Below are positions 29,277 to 37,687 of a stretch of DNA of 64,000 bases, piece by piece. Position 1 is the stretch's first letter; each line of letters begins with the position of its first letter. Source of the DNA: Thermoanaerobaculia bacterium (GTDB lineage: Bacteria > Acidobacteriota > Thermoanaerobaculia > Multivoradales > Multivoraceae); assembly GCA_963664405.1 (NCBI GenBank), contig OY761158.1, forward strand, positions 554,038 through 618,037, read 5' to 3'. The position numbers and the translations under genes were made by a program. The notes under the pieces are model-generated. The model was not told the origin of the DNA. It made no database searches and was given only the letters and a program-made list of their open reading frames with translations.

Positions 29277-30065
29277 ATGACGAACCTAAAGGGAAAAACT
29301 GCACTCGTCACTGGAGCAAGCCGAGGCATTGGCGAAGCGAGCGCCAGGGCCCTCGACGCCGCCGGGGCGCGCGTACTACTCTCCGGCCGCACTGTCTCCG
29401 ATCTCGAGCGAGTCGCCTCAGACCTAGACAACGAACCGGCCGTTTTCGAATCCGATCTCGCCCCGCCACGGGCAGGGACCGAGCTTGCAGAGCGAGTCCT
29501 CGCCGAGACGGGCGGCGTCGACATCCTGGTCAACAACGCCGGGATCGCGATGCGCCGTACACCGGACAAGTTGAGCGAAGAAGACTTCGACCTCGTCTTC
29601 TCGATCAACGTTCGGTCTCTTCTGATGCTGACTCTCGGCCTCGGCCCGGCGATGATCGAGCGCGGCGGGGGCTCGGTGATCAATATTTCGTCGATCGCGA
29701 GTCTGCGAGGGCCGATGGGAAGGGTGGCCTATGCCGGAACCAAAGGTGCCGTTGACGCGATGACACGCGCACTGGCCGCCGATTGGGGACCCGATGGCAT
29801 TCGTGTCAACGCGATCTGCCCTGGGCTCATCTCCACAGCAATCTGGGAAGAGAGTCGCAACACGGTCCCCGGCCTCATAGAAGAGCTCGAAGAGCGCATC
29901 GCACTCAAACGTTGGGGCGACGGGAGTGACATCGCCGACGTGGTCGTCTTCTTCGCCTCCGACGCCTCCCGCTACGTCACCGGCGAGGTGATGGCGGTCG
30001 ACGGCGGCATGGCGCGAGTGGGCTCGGCACCGCGCAAAGGCGTCAAAGTCCCCGGGACGAGTTAG
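29277..30065 (+). CDS. SDR-family oxidoreductase (FabG-like)
   Basis: TALVTGASRGIG, NNAG, and the catalytic YAGTKGAV (YxxxK) motif. Confidence 0.9.
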   Translation: MTNLKGKTALVTGASRGIGEASARALDAAGARVLLSGRTVSDLERVASDLDNEPAVFESDLAPPRAGTELAERVLAETGGVDILVNNAGIAMRRTPDKLSEEDFDLVFSINVRSLLMLTLGLGPAMIERGGGSVINISSIASLRGPMGRVAYAGTKGAVDAMTRALAADWGPDGIRVNAICPGLISTAIWEESRNTVPGLIEELEERIALKRWGDGSDIADVVVFFASDASRYVTGEVMAVDGGMARVGSAPRKGVKVPGTS

Positions 30066-30076
30066 ACCGGGACGGC

Positions 30077-30742
30077 TTACTTGAAACTGAGCCGACCGGT
30101 GCCCTCGCGCCAGCTCCAAAGTGCCTCGGAGCCTGAATCGTAGTCGGAGCGCTCGAAGTTCGCGACCCATCCCTCGCCGGGGCCCTCGGCGCCGAGGAGC
30201 GTCCAGGGTATGGAGAGGCTGGCGACCCAGAGCTCCAACTTGTCGTGATTGGGCTTCCCCGGGACGAACATCGCTCCTTCGCCCACGACCATCGCCGACG
30301 TCTTCAACGGTTCGAGATCGGTCGCCGAAAGCCGGCTGAATCCTCCTTCTCGTGCTCGTCTGCCCCGCACCTGGCCCAAGGCCGAGAGCACGACGTCGAC
30401 CCCATCACCCGAGGGAGATCTCAGCATTACTCGCACCTGGTCCTCCCCTGCCAGCCTGGATCCGGCGTCGACCACACTGGCGCTCAGCCGAGTGTCTTCA
30501 CACTCGAAGCTCACTCGCAGCCCGTTGTCATCGTAGCCGACTCTCAGGCGGGTGCTGAGAGCCAACCCGCCGCCCTTCCGGAAGGCGATGCTCTTCGGGC
30601 GCAGGCTGGATGACATCGGCTTGATCGGGCCGTCGACGCGTTCGATGAGGAAGGGCTCCTCGTTCTGCGCCTCGGCACGAGGGCCAAAGGCGCATCCGGC
30701 GATGAGTGCTACGAGAGCGAAAGCGATTGTATGGTGGCGCAT
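30077..30742 (-). CDS. Putative lipoprotein with carbohydrate-binding family 9-like fold
   Basis: Lipobox ALIAGC. LRVGYDDNGLRVSFECEDTRL...EDQVRVML...WVASLSIPW pattern. The longest ORF starts at 30784. Confidence 0.55.
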   Translation of the reverse strand: MRHHTIAFALVALIAGCAFGPRAEAQNEEPFLIERVDGPIKPMSSSLRPKSIAFRKGGGLALSTRLRVGYDDNGLRVSFECEDTRLSASVVDAGSRLAGEDQVRVMLRSPSGDGVDVVLSALGQVRGRRAREGGFSRLSATDLEPLKTSAMVVGEGAMFVPGKPNHDKLELWVASLSIPWTLLGAEGPGEGWVANFERSDYDSGSEALWSWREGTGRLSFK

Positions 30743-30971
30743 GGACCGGAGCTCCTGTGGACCAAGGCCGTGGATTGGCGGCACATCAGCCGAGGCTCAG
30801 AGCGAGTCGCCTCGAACCCTCATTCGATTGCGACTGACGAGTGTCGATTGTAGCCTCTATTGAAGAACCGTGGAGGTCGCCACATCGCGAAGATCACTCC
30901 GCCTGGAGAGGTAGTCATCACCAGTGCACCACCTCCTCGGCTCTGCGAAGTCGAGTCCTTCGTCACGAGTA

Positions 30972-31126
30972 CATGCGGCCATAAGTACGGGTACGTTTCG
31001 AACGTCGATGCGCCTCGCCAGCAAGACGCGCGACTGAGGCGTACCTGGGAGTACGTCGCAGGGAGCGCAACGCCGCTGGAGAGGATGCAGCGGCGTTCCA
31101 AACGTGCCCGTACTTGTGGCCACATG
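30972..31126 (+). repeat. TA-flanked palindromic element, copy H2
   Basis: About 34-bp arms CATGCGGCCATAAGTACGGGTACGTTTCGAAC / GTTCCAAACGTGCCCGTACTTGTGGCCACATG. Core CAAGACGCGCGACTGAGGCGTACCTGGGAGTACGTCGCAGGGAGCGCAACG. TA at 30970-71 and 31127-28. Confidence 0.75.
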
Positions 31127-31231
31127 TACTAGTAGCTTCCGTCGCAGTGTGGCTGTAGGACAAAAGATCTGTCCGTTTGCGATGACCCGGATGAGGAGAT
31201 TAGACTGGTGAACCAATCCGTCTGGAGGTCC

Positions 31232-32338
31232 ATGATGATGAAACTAAAGGCGAGCCTGCTCACGGCAGCCGCCCTCGCTGTTGTAAGCGCACCGCCCCTA
31301 GTTGCAGAGGCCGACGGCATCGCACGCACGGCGAGCGGGCACCCGAATTTGTCGGGCACCTACAACGCCGCCACCCTCACTCCTCTGGAGCGCCCAAGAG
31401 CGCTGGGCGAAAAGGCCTTCCTGACAATCGAGGAAGCCAAAGCTCTCGCCGACGAGGAGCGCGACGTGATCTCCAGGGCCTCAGCGCAGTCGGACGCCAA
31501 CCGAGAGGCGCCGGCCGAAGGCGGCGCAAAAGTCGTCGGCCTAGAGCACACCGCGACCGGAGGCAATGAGTTCGGTGCCGGCAACGTCGGCGGTTACAAC
31601 TTCTTCTGGATCGACCGCGGCAGCGATGCCTTCGCTATCGACGGTCAGCTCCCGACGTCAATCATCGTAGATCCGTCCAACGGACGCATGCCAGCCATGA
31701 GGCCGGCAGCAATGAGGGAGCTGATGGCCCGGTTCTCGAGCTTCCTCCGCCCCAACGATGGCACCGCGTGGTGGGTCACTCAGGATGGGCCTGGCCCCTA
31801 TGACGGGCCCGAGTCGCTCGCGGTCAGCGAGCGCTGCATTGTCGGCTTCACCGGCGCCGCGCCGACCCTTCCCAGCCTCTACAACAACTTCAAGAGAATC
31901 GTGCAGACCGACGATGACATCATGATCCTTATCGAGATGGTCCACGACGCGCGCCTCGTGCGCATGAAATCCGAAGGGCGCCCCGCGACGCACTTACCAC
32001 CCGGCGTGAACAAGTGGCTCGGCGACTCGATCGGCTGGTGGGAGGGCGACACGTTGGTCGTCGACACCACCAACTTCCACCCCCAGGCGGCAATGCGCGG
32101 CGGCTCGGAAAACACCCACGTCGTCGAGCGCTTCATGATGCAGCCGGACGGCAACGTCGTCTATCGCTTCACGGTCGAGGACGACGGGGTATGGACGGCG
32201 CCATGGACCGGTGAGTACATCTGGCGGGCGAGCGACGATCGCGTCTTCGAGTACGCCTGTCACGAAGGAAACTACGCGATGGGTAACATCATGCGTGGAG
32301 CTCGGCTACTCGAAAAGGAAGCTCTAGAAGCGAACTAA
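31232..32338 (+). CDS. Secreted hypothetical protein, paralog A (ACHEGNY motif family)
   Basis: Signal peptide MMMKLKASLLTAAALAVVSAPPLVAEA. Shares TPLERP..LGEK..L..EEA.AL and FEYACHEGNYAMGNIMRGARLLEKEA with 34854-35840. Confidence 0.75.
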   Translation: MMMKLKASLLTAAALAVVSAPPLVAEADGIARTASGHPNLSGTYNAATLTPLERPRALGEKAFLTIEEAKALADEERDVISRASAQSDANREAPAEGGAKVVGLEHTATGGNEFGAGNVGGYNFFWIDRGSDAFAIDGQLPTSIIVDPSNGRMPAMRPAAMRELMARFSSFLRPNDGTAWWVTQDGPGPYDGPESLAVSERCIVGFTGAAPTLPSLYNNFKRIVQTDDDIMILIEMVHDARLVRMKSEGRPATHLPPGVNKWLGDSIGWWEGDTLVVDTTNFHPQAAMRGGSENTHVVERFMMQPDGNVVYRFTVEDDGVWTAPWTGEYIWRASDDRVFEYACHEGNYAMGNIMRGARLLEKEALEAN

Positions 32339-32540
32339 GTCGAAGCCGACGCGAGGCCGCGTGCTTAGCCTCGCATGTGAGCAGGAGCTCAGACAGCTCC
32401 CGGTGAGGAGCGGCAAGCCGCACTTCATACGCACTCATCTGACCTACGGTAGCAGTCGCGGCAGAGCGCAAGTACGGGCACTCCTGAGGCGGGCCGGAAT
32501 CACGTGCCTTCCGATTCTCACAATCCTACTTGTCTCTAAG

Positions 32541-33053
32541 CTACTCGCCGCGAAAGTTCAAATCGGAAACGGTCCGGCCCATCATCTCGCGAATGCTCTG
32601 CCGCAGCTCCTCCGGCGTCGGTCGACCGACGAAGTACCAGCCGTTCCAGATCCGGTGGATCTCGAGGCTGGGCAGCAGTGCAAAGGTGAAGGGCACCGGT
32701 AACGGACCGTGCCGTTTGTCTGTGGTCTCGCGAATGCCAAGCTCGTCCGTCAGGCGAAGCTCCTCGTCGCTCAGGAACGGAAATCTCGCGCCGAGGCCGC
32801 AACGAAAAGCCTCCTGCACCCGCGGTGGATCGACCGAGATCGCGGCGACGCGGCAGTACGCGACCTCGCTAGATTGGTGGAACTCGACCAGCTCCCTCAG
32901 CTGCAGCTGTCACTTCGGTCACCACGGCCCTCGATAGAAGGCCAGAATCAGGGGATTGCCGTCGGCAACCTCTGCGATGGAGACTGTCTGGCCCCGATCG
33001 CTGGTTAGAGGAAGCGACGGGAAGGTGTCACCGACATCGAGCCGTAGAGACAT
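32541..33053 (-). CDS. Prx/AhpC-TSA-like thiol-disulfide oxidoreductase with UxxU motif (two in-frame TGA = Sec candidates), SelL-like
   Basis: Track ORFs 32919-33143 and 32541-32819 share one frame. The only stops between ATG 33053 and TAG 32541 are TGA 32919-21 and TGA 32910-12. Read-through gives ...NPLILAFYRGPW-U-PK-U-QLQLRELVEF...VAAISVDPPRVQEAFRCGLGARFPFLSDEELRLTDELGI... Confidence 0.7.
32874..32912 (-). promoter_or_regulatory. Candidate bacterial SECIS stem-loop
   Basis: CAGCU-GAGGG-AGCUG hairpin at 32889-32903, 6 nt after the second UGA, with a G-rich apical loop. An alternative longer helix, UGACAGCU...AGCUGGUCG, includes the second UGA. Confidence 0.35.
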
Positions 33054-33236
33054 GAGAAGTTTTTGAGGGAGTTTCTGTTTCCACAACCGGCGATCAACTC
33101 GAAACCGAGTAGATCGGCTCAGAACCCACCTACAGTACCGCATGACCTGCGTAGCGCGATTACGTCAGCTGAGAGGATCGCCGAGAGCGGCGTTCTACTC
33201 CTTGCGATGCACCTTGGCGTATCGTTCGATGCCGTC

Positions 33237-33602
33237 CTACGCAGGCTGAAAGAGCTCGACTACGTTGCCAGAAGGGTCTAAGCAAAGAATCTGTTTGCGC
33301 CCCCCCTGCTCCACAATGTCGTTCCTGAATTGCACACCATCGTCCTTCAGCTTGGAGACGAGGGACTCCAAATCATCAACAGTCAAGACGAACCTCGACC
33401 AGCCTCCCGGCTTGGGCGTGGCGCCATCTGGCATTGGCCTGGACGCTGATGCTGTTGGCCCCGCAACCCATAGCGTCAAGTCGCCATGTACCAAGATCGC
33501 GATCGCAGAGCCGTATTGCTGTTCGAGCTCAAAACCAAGCTTTGAAACATAGAAGGCAACGGCATCATCTACGTCATCTACGATGTATCTTACTTGTGCC
33601 AT
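33237..33602 (-). CDS. VOC-family (glyoxalase I-like) protein
   Basis: MAQVRYIVDDVDDAVAFYVSKLGFELE...WSRFVLTVDDLESLVSKLKDDGVQF. Confidence 0.8.
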   Translation of the reverse strand: MAQVRYIVDDVDDAVAFYVSKLGFELEQQYGSAIAILVHGDLTLWVAGPTASASRPMPDGATPKPGGWSRFVLTVDDLESLVSKLKDDGVQFRNDIVEQGGRKQILCLDPSGNVVELFQPA

Positions 33603-33732
33603 CCTCGTCTCCTCCGTTCAAAGCTCCGTGAGCCGCGTATCCCATATGGGCATCCGGCAATACCACCCCTGATTGCAGCTCGAAATCGCCGAGCTCGAAG
33701 CGGCCCTCGATCGGTGTTGGCTGGCTACTCAT
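33574..33732 (-). pseudogene. N-terminal remnant of a MetX-like alpha/beta hydrolase
   Basis: MSSQPTPIEGRFELGDFELQSGVVLPDAHMGYAAHGALN matches the N-terminus of homoserine O-acetyltransferase-like proteins. It then terminates and is overlapped by the VOC gene. Confidence 0.3.
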
Positions 33733-33852
33733 CGAGCAGATTATAAGCGGCCTTTCCTGTCGCCCTTCTGGGATCAGCGGCTCAGGGCTCGATTCCCGCT
33801 GTCGCAAAGCACCTCCTGAGGTCTCGGCCGTACCCCCATGAGAAGACTCTCG

Positions 33853-34770
33853 TCAAGGGTGCGGGAGAGGATCCCAGGCCCAGAAGGCGCCGAGCCACTC
33901 CTTGAAGGTCGCCGCCTTCGCCTCCCGCATCATGATCGCGACATGGGCGTAGCGGTGAAGCACGCACCAGGCGCGGAGTGACCGGAGGAGCTCTCGGGTC
34001 GGTTCCACCCCCCGTCCCTCCAGCATCCCCCGCTCTGCCGCTTCGTCTCCGCGGGTGAGGTAGCAGGCCGGCGCGGCGAGCTCGTAGGTCCAGGGCCCGA
34101 CGAACGCGTCCGCGAAGTCGATCAGTCCAACGATACGACCGCCACGCACGAGGAAGTGGTCGCTGGTCAGATCCGCGTGAAGCAACACCGGCTCCGCGGA
34201 GACTAATTCGGGCAGTGGGGTCACGAATCGAAGCAGCGCGGCTTCGAGCTCGTCGTCACCGCCCCGATCACGCTGGTCTTCACACAGCGCCGGCAGACGT
34301 TCCGCCACGAGGGCATCTTGGTCGATCTGCAGGTGTTCCAGTCCGGCGGTCGGCAGGTCGTTGAGCCGCGCCATCGTCTCCCCCATCTGCCGAGCGAAAG
34401 AGACGCGCTCCGAGGGGGACGACCGGGGCCAGACCTCAACTATGGGCTCGCCCTCGAGATGGCTCATCACGACATAGGGCCAGCCGTCTATCTCTCCAAC
34501 ATGCTCCAGCTGGGGAACGCGGATCTGCGCGCCCGTCAGATGCCGTAGGAGCGAGACTTCCACCTCCGCGTCCTCGGGCCAGAGGGGAACGAAGACCTTC
34601 AGGACCGATCGCTTCGTGTGCCAGACCAGGTGCGTACCGCGGTCGAAGGGCCGGAGCTCCGACGCGGAGAGCCCGTGCCGCTCGGCGATGGCAATCATCG
34701 CCCGGCGCTGGGCCCCGGTGTCGTGCCGGAGCGCGCGGTACTCCTCGATGGACGGAACGGGCGGCAACAT
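33853..34770 (-). CDS. Aminoglycoside/choline-kinase-type phosphotransferase family protein
   Basis: LLHADLTSDHFLV (HxDxxxxN-like catalytic loop) and GLIDFADA. Confidence 0.85.
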   Translation of the reverse strand: MLPPVPSIEEYRALRHDTGAQRRAMIAIAERHGLSASELRPFDRGTHLVWHTKRSVLKVFVPLWPEDAEVEVSLLRHLTGAQIRVPQLEHVGEIDGWPYVVMSHLEGEPIVEVWPRSSPSERVSFARQMGETMARLNDLPTAGLEHLQIDQDALVAERLPALCEDQRDRGGDDELEAALLRFVTPLPELVSAEPVLLHADLTSDHFLVRGGRIVGLIDFADAFVGPWTYELAAPACYLTRGDEAAERGMLEGRGVEPTRELLRSLRAWCVLHRYAHVAIMMREAKAATFKEWLGAFWAWDPLPHP

Positions 34771-34853
34771 CCCGAAATCCTATCGACTCGCGCGCGGTTC
34801 CCAACTCACGCTCCCGGAGCGACGTAGATGAAACGCCCCGACCTCCTCAGCGA

Positions 34854-35840
34854 CTACTTCTCGGCGCCACTTTTCAAGGAGGTCTTCTCTTCGAGGGCGG
34901 CCTTCTCCTGGTAGCGGGCTCCGGACAGAATGTTGGGCAGTCCGTAGTTGCCCTCGTGACACGCGAACTCGTAGATCGGTCCCTCGATGGCGCGTAGCGT
35001 GTTCTCGAGAGTCCACGACTGCGTATAGCTCGCCGGATCGGTCACGGTGAGTGAGTAGTCGATCGTATTCTCGTCGAATCGCACGAGGCGCTCGACCAAA
35101 CGCAGGCCGGCCGTCGCGCCCATGAACGGGTTGCGGCCATCGAAGCCGGCCGTCTCGATCACCAGAGTGTCTCCTTCCCAGTGGCCACGTGAAGATCCGT
35201 CCCAGAGGGCGATGTCCTCGCCGAGGGCCGGCCGGCCGTCGAGGGGAACCAGGCGGATCTGCGGACCGTGCTCGCTGAGGATGGCCACGGTTTCGGGCGT
35301 CTGGAGGATGTGATGGTTGTGCAAATAAAGGTTGCTGGGAAAATAGAAGAAGCCGGTCATCAGGCAGCGGGTGGCGATGTGCAGATCCTCGTGCGAGTCG
35401 AGAGACCCGAAGCCGAGCAATTGGAGCGTCGACTTTGTGTTCCGCTGACGACCTTCCGGGGTGAATGGGATCTTGCCGTCCGGCGGGTCCACGACCAACG
35501 ACGTGCGGCGACTGCGCACGACTTCAGTGCCTGGCTCGAGGAAGATCTCGGTCAGCTCACCGGTGGTCTTGCCCTCTGCCGTGCCTTCGACGAGGTTGAG
35601 GACGTTCTCGAGGCCGGTGCCCCGTAGCGCCTCAGCCTCCTCTTCGCTCAGGTGAGTCTTGTCTCCCAGCTCGGCGGAACGCTCCATGGGAGTGACGGTG
35701 GCATTGCTCCACAGGCCCTGGAGATCCGGATCGCCCCACTCGGTGCGAGGTGCCGTCTGCGCCTCGGCGGCAAGTACCGCGAACGCCGTCGTCGCGGCAA
35801 CGGCGAGGGCGAGTTGGATAAAGATTCGTCGAGGTCTCAT
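34854..35840 (-). CDS. Secreted hypothetical protein, paralog B (ACHEGNY motif family)
   Basis: Signal peptide MRPRRIFIQLALAVAATTAFAVLAAEA. TPMERSAELGDKTHLSEEEAEAL and YEFACHEGNYGLPNILSGARYQEK. The longest ORF starts at 35930. Confidence 0.75.
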   Translation of the reverse strand: MRPRRIFIQLALAVAATTAFAVLAAEAQTAPRTEWGDPDLQGLWSNATVTPMERSAELGDKTHLSEEEAEALRGTGLENVLNLVEGTAEGKTTGELTEIFLEPGTEVVRSRRTSLVVDPPDGKIPFTPEGRQRNTKSTLQLLGFGSLDSHEDLHIATRCLMTGFFYFPSNLYLHNHHILQTPETVAILSEHGPQIRLVPLDGRPALGEDIALWDGSSRGHWEGDTLVIETAGFDGRNPFMGATAGLRLVERLVRFDENTIDYSLTVTDPASYTQSWTLENTLRAIEGPIYEFACHEGNYGLPNILSGARYQEKAALEEKTSLKSGAEK

Positions 35841-35872
35841 GCGCCGCCTCGCGGGGGCCGAGCGGCCGGCCA

Positions 35873-36514
35873 TCAACCAGCCCGGACCAAGCCGTCCTGG
35901 TCGTAGTGGTGGACGCAGAAGAGCGCCCATGAATCTTCGAACGCCATTTCCAGCTCACCGTTCACCGAGGTCGTGCCTCGTCCGATTGCCCCGTAGGTGA
36001 ACTCGAAACTACCGCTCGGGCGCACCAGTGCAATGTCGAACGGTTCGCCATTGAACTCGTTGATCATCGGTCTGCCGCTACTCTTCACGACGCCAGGGAT
36101 GTCGACCTTCGCGGTCCTGAGCTCCAGGTCCACCTCGAGATCGATCGGCAGAAACAGTGTCTCGAAAAACTCCGAGCACAAGGAACCGAACACGGCGAAA
36201 TGATTGCTGAGAGGCGCGCATGCCTCGCCCGCGACTATCGTCTCGAGAGCAATCCGCTGAGCCTCGTCCGCACGCTCGTCGACAACGATCTGGCGCTTCC
36301 CGTTTCCCTCGGCGATCTCACCGGGGAATATGCAAAGCATCGACCAATTCAGGCCCGAGAGCGGCGTGTCGTTGAAATGACCTTCCACGACGGTGCCGAC
36401 GTAGGCGAAGTGACAATTGCCGTGTGTCGTGGGCTCGTTGAATTGACAACCACAGCTCACGGAGCAATTGCAGTTGTCGTAGGTATGGCTCCTGAACTCC
36501 CAATGGTCAGGCAT
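35873..36514 (-). CDS. DUF1326 domain protein
   Basis: MPDHWEFRSHTYDNCNCSVSCGCQFNEPTTHGNCHF Cys pattern. GGGAGGA lies 8 nt upstream of ATG 36514. Confidence 0.8.
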   Translation of the reverse strand: MPDHWEFRSHTYDNCNCSVSCGCQFNEPTTHGNCHFAYVGTVVEGHFNDTPLSGLNWSMLCIFPGEIAEGNGKRQIVVDERADEAQRIALETIVAGEACAPLSNHFAVFGSLCSEFFETLFLPIDLEVDLELRTAKVDIPGVVKSSGRPMINEFNGEPFDIALVRPSGSFEFTYGAIGRGTTSVNGELEMAFEDSWALFCVHHYDQDGLVRAG

Positions 36515-36557
36515 CTCACCGATCCTCCCTGGCGGTTGTGGCAACTAGTGGACCGTA

Positions 36558-36699
36558 ACACTCGAACGTTTAGTGGCTGAGTGAGTCATTCGTGGTCGAG
36601 ATCAAGGCGCGCTGACGCAGGCATAGCGGGGACTATGTCGAGGAAGCGTAACGCAGAGATCGGCCACGAGGGCCGCTCAGGCGCTAAACGTTCGGGTGT
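36558..36699 (+). repeat. TA-flanked palindromic element, copy H3
   Basis: Arms ACACTCGAACGTTTAGTGGCTGAG / CTCAGGCGCTAAACGTTCGGGTGT (two U-G wobbles on the plus strand). Inner helix CGTGGTCGAGATC / GAGATCGGCCACG. Core CAAGGCGCGCTGACGCAGGCATAGCGGGGACTATGTCGAGGAAGCGTAACG. TA at 36556-57 and 36700-01. Confidence 0.75.
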
Positions 36700-36818
36700 T
36701 ACGGCCCGCTAGCCTACTTGCAAGCCCATTGGCGGATCAAGCGCTGGAGATCCGCCATTTGCTTCCAACCCCGTCGTGTATCCTCTTCTCATCTGGCAAA
36801 TTCGTAGCGTGAGGACAT

Positions 36819-37487
36819 ATGCAAAGCGTACTTTTTGGGGACCAGTTTCAGGAAACCCAGACCACCGACCTGATGGTCGTTCAGAATCAGCATCTGGTGA
36901 AGGTCAATCTCGATGGAACCATCCACGCCAAGCAGGGCTCGATGGTTGCTTACCAGGGCGAGGTGAACTTCAAGTACAAGGGGGCCGGCGCCAAGCGTCT
37001 GCTCAAGAAGCTGGTTTCGGGCGAGGACTTCCAGCTCATGGAGATCACCGGCAAGGGCGACGTATTCCTTGCCGATACCGCCCAGGATGTCTACCTCGTG
37101 TTCCTCGAGAACGAGGCCCTCTCGATCAAGGGCGACCACGTGCTGGCGCTTGATGCCGCCCTCAGCTGGGACATCAAGTTCAACAGGTTGGCCGGTATGC
37201 TGGCCGGAGGTTTAGTGAACGTCATCGTCTCGGGAACCGGTTGGGTCGCGCTGACGAGCCACGGTGTGCCGGTCGTGCTTCAGGTTGATCGGCCGACCTT
37301 GACCGACATCAATGCGACTGTCGCGTGGTCGACCAGCCTCGATCAGGCGATCAAGAAGTCAGACAGCGTGTTCAAGACGGCCATCGGCAGAGGCGGCGGA
37401 GAGCTCTTTCAGATGTCCTTTTCAGGAGACGGACATGTGATCGTGCAGCCGAGCGAGGGCTTCCCGGTAGCGCCGTCCAGCGGATGA
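36819..37487 (+). CDS. AIM24-family (DUF124/TIGR00266) protein
   Basis: GSMVAYQGEVNFKYKGAG...LLKKLVSGEDFQLMEITGKGDVFLAD...SGTGWVALTSHG. Confidence 0.85.
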   Translation: MQSVLFGDQFQETQTTDLMVVQNQHLVKVNLDGTIHAKQGSMVAYQGEVNFKYKGAGAKRLLKKLVSGEDFQLMEITGKGDVFLADTAQDVYLVFLENEALSIKGDHVLALDAALSWDIKFNRLAGMLAGGLVNVIVSGTGWVALTSHGVPVVLQVDRPTLTDINATVAWSTSLDQAIKKSDSVFKTAIGRGGGELFQMSFSGDGHVIVQPSEGFPVAPSSG

Positions 37488-37687
37488 CCCATGGGATGCC
37501 CGCGAGACCCCGGCGCCTTCTCAGTCGGCGGGCTCTTGAGGCTTTCGCGTAGCTAGCCCCCGAAGATGCTTGTTTGGCGCTGATCTCGTATCGCAGTTCG
37601 CCCGGAAAGGCGACTAGCCAAGGATTTCAGGTGCCCTGTCCACCACGAGGGTTGATCGACTCTAAACACCGCGGGGTGTACGGAGCG

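Noticed and set aside
32541-33143. Treating 32919-33143 and 32541-32819 as two unrelated small ORFs, or as a nonsense-mutated pseudogene
   Set aside because: They share one frame, and the N-terminal 30 codons of the 74-aa ORF are not needed. The only two stops are both TGA and fall exactly on the two Cys of the CxxC motif, 6 nt apart. Random nonsense decay would not be expected to do this. The pseudogene option is kept only as the refutation case.
36600-36655. Hammerhead or twister ribozyme in the conserved core of the palindromic elements
   Set aside because: CTGACGCA / CCGACGAA only superficially resemble CUGAUGA. The GAAA box and the required three-helix junction are absent, and no twister-type conserved nucleotides were recognised.
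36553-36705. Integron attC sites (GTAACAC...GTGTTAC ends) linked to the nearby tyrosine recombinases
   Set aside because: The ends do not fit the RYYYAAC/GTTRRRY cores. The copies are not in a cassette array. The conserved part is central rather than terminal. The recombinases belong to IS91-type units 6-25 kb away.
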